64,000 nucleotides of DNA from Bdellovibrionales bacterium. GTDB taxonomy: Bacteria; Bdellovibrionota; Bdellovibrionia; Bdellovibrionales; JAUICD01. How positions within the stretch are numbered: position 1 is the first letter of the stretch; the number at the start of each line of letters is the position of its first letter. The DNA lies in assembly GCA_965203275.1 (NCBI GenBank), contig OZ241865.1, positions 1,376,001 to 1,440,000 of the forward strand, in the 5' to 3' direction. Both the position numbers and the translations under genes were made by a program. The notes under the pieces are model-generated. The model ran no database searches, was not told the DNA's origin, and worked only from the letters and a program-made list of their open reading frames with translations. Positions 63,183-64,000 of this stretch are shown one piece after another.

Positions 63183-63688
63183 AATATTTCTCCTTTTTAA
63201 ATAAAATAAATGATTCAATAAATAAAAACTTCTTCTACCTTCTAAAATTCTTAAAAATTCTAAAGGTATTATAAGCTTGACTTATAACATCACTTCAGAA
63301 CAAAAGTCAAGGCAAATTTTAAATTTTTCTAAAATTTATAAAACCACATGTAAGATTTACATATTTTGAGATTCAAAGTTTGACGTTTGACAGCTAAAAA
63401 AACAAGATAGAGGAACTTCAATAGGTTATTAAAAATAAAAAGATTTTTTGCAACTAATGTAACGACTAATTCAAACAAACATAATCATTAAAATGAACTA
63501 TCAAAATCAAAACAAAGTGCAACACTAGGCAGTTCAATCACATTTTTTGGAAAAAGGAAAAGCCAGAGGAGTTAAAGAAAGCCTTGAAAAACCGCATCAG
63601 AGCCACCATCAATGTATATGCTATTTCCCTTTTTCTTATATCTTTTATTATTTCACTTCAAAACTATTGATAACCTTTACTTAGTAAT

Positions 63689-64000
63689 TCACAAACCTAA
63701 CTGCTCTAAAGATGTTTTTTTGTCATAATCTGTTATTGTAGGAAAATATGGGTTTTTTGTTTCTTTTTTTATCTCTCTTATAATTTCTTTAAATAAACCT
63801 TTTCTCTTTCCATGAATTTTCTCTAAATGTTTCTGAAGTATAGTCAATAAAGTGTAGACTTGAGTTGGATCGTCATTGTAAAGTTCAATTATTGTATCTG
63901 TGAAATAAAGAATGGTTATTTCTATTGAATTATCTTCTTCTGTTTCTTTGTCTAATTGTTTCTGAAGTTTAGCTAAAGCGTGAGAGTATGTTGCTCGAAA
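63689..64000 (-). CDS. Partial hypothetical protein (runs off the window)
   Basis: Open frame from the window edge: FRATYSHALAKLQ...TSLEQLGL*. Confidence 0.5.
   Translation of the reverse strand, partial: FRATYSHALAKLQKQLDKETEEDNSIEITILYFTDTIIELYNDDPTQVYTLLTILQKHLEKIHGKRKGLFKEIIREIKKETKNPYFPTITDYDKKTSLEQLGL

Noticed and set aside
63470..63620. Possible degenerate Rpn C-terminal remnant (FLEKGKARGVKESLEK)
   Set aside because: Too short and low in complexity to support.

Overview
AT-rich bacterial chromosome segment, most consistent with a Bdellovibrionota/Oligoflexia-type organism (inference from the FQNC lipoprotein leader, type IV pilin-family genes and mevalonate-pathway gene). Housekeeping genes (cusB/cusA, maiA, mvaD, cutA, carB, holB, tmk, split transketolase, Glu/Leu/Phe/Val dehydrogenase) alternate with accessory genes: two giant Cys-rich prepilin-type paralogs in inverted orientation, a four-member secreted protein family, an ankyrin+SpoIID lipoprotein, Rpn nuclease genes, a fused restriction-modification gene and an XRE-ImmA gene. 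Two signals stand out. (1) Most large intergenic gaps hold a family of non-coding modules (A, about 105 nt plus a tail; B, about 170 nt plus a G-rich end). Copies differ in sequence but keep every helix through compensatory changes. They occur nested, stacked, inverted and chimeric, next to GATCCCG heptamer arrays and fragments of a four-helix-bundle (Avd/IVS-like) gene, and they truncate or insert beside host genes. This is a candidate undescribed structured mobile element. (2) Six exported-protein genes carry 12-22 nt poly-C/G tracts near their 5' ends, and five are out of frame, which suggests a phase-variable surface repertoire. No CRISPR array, rRNA, tRNA, reverse transcriptase or classical transposase was seen. 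All calls were made by eye without database searches.
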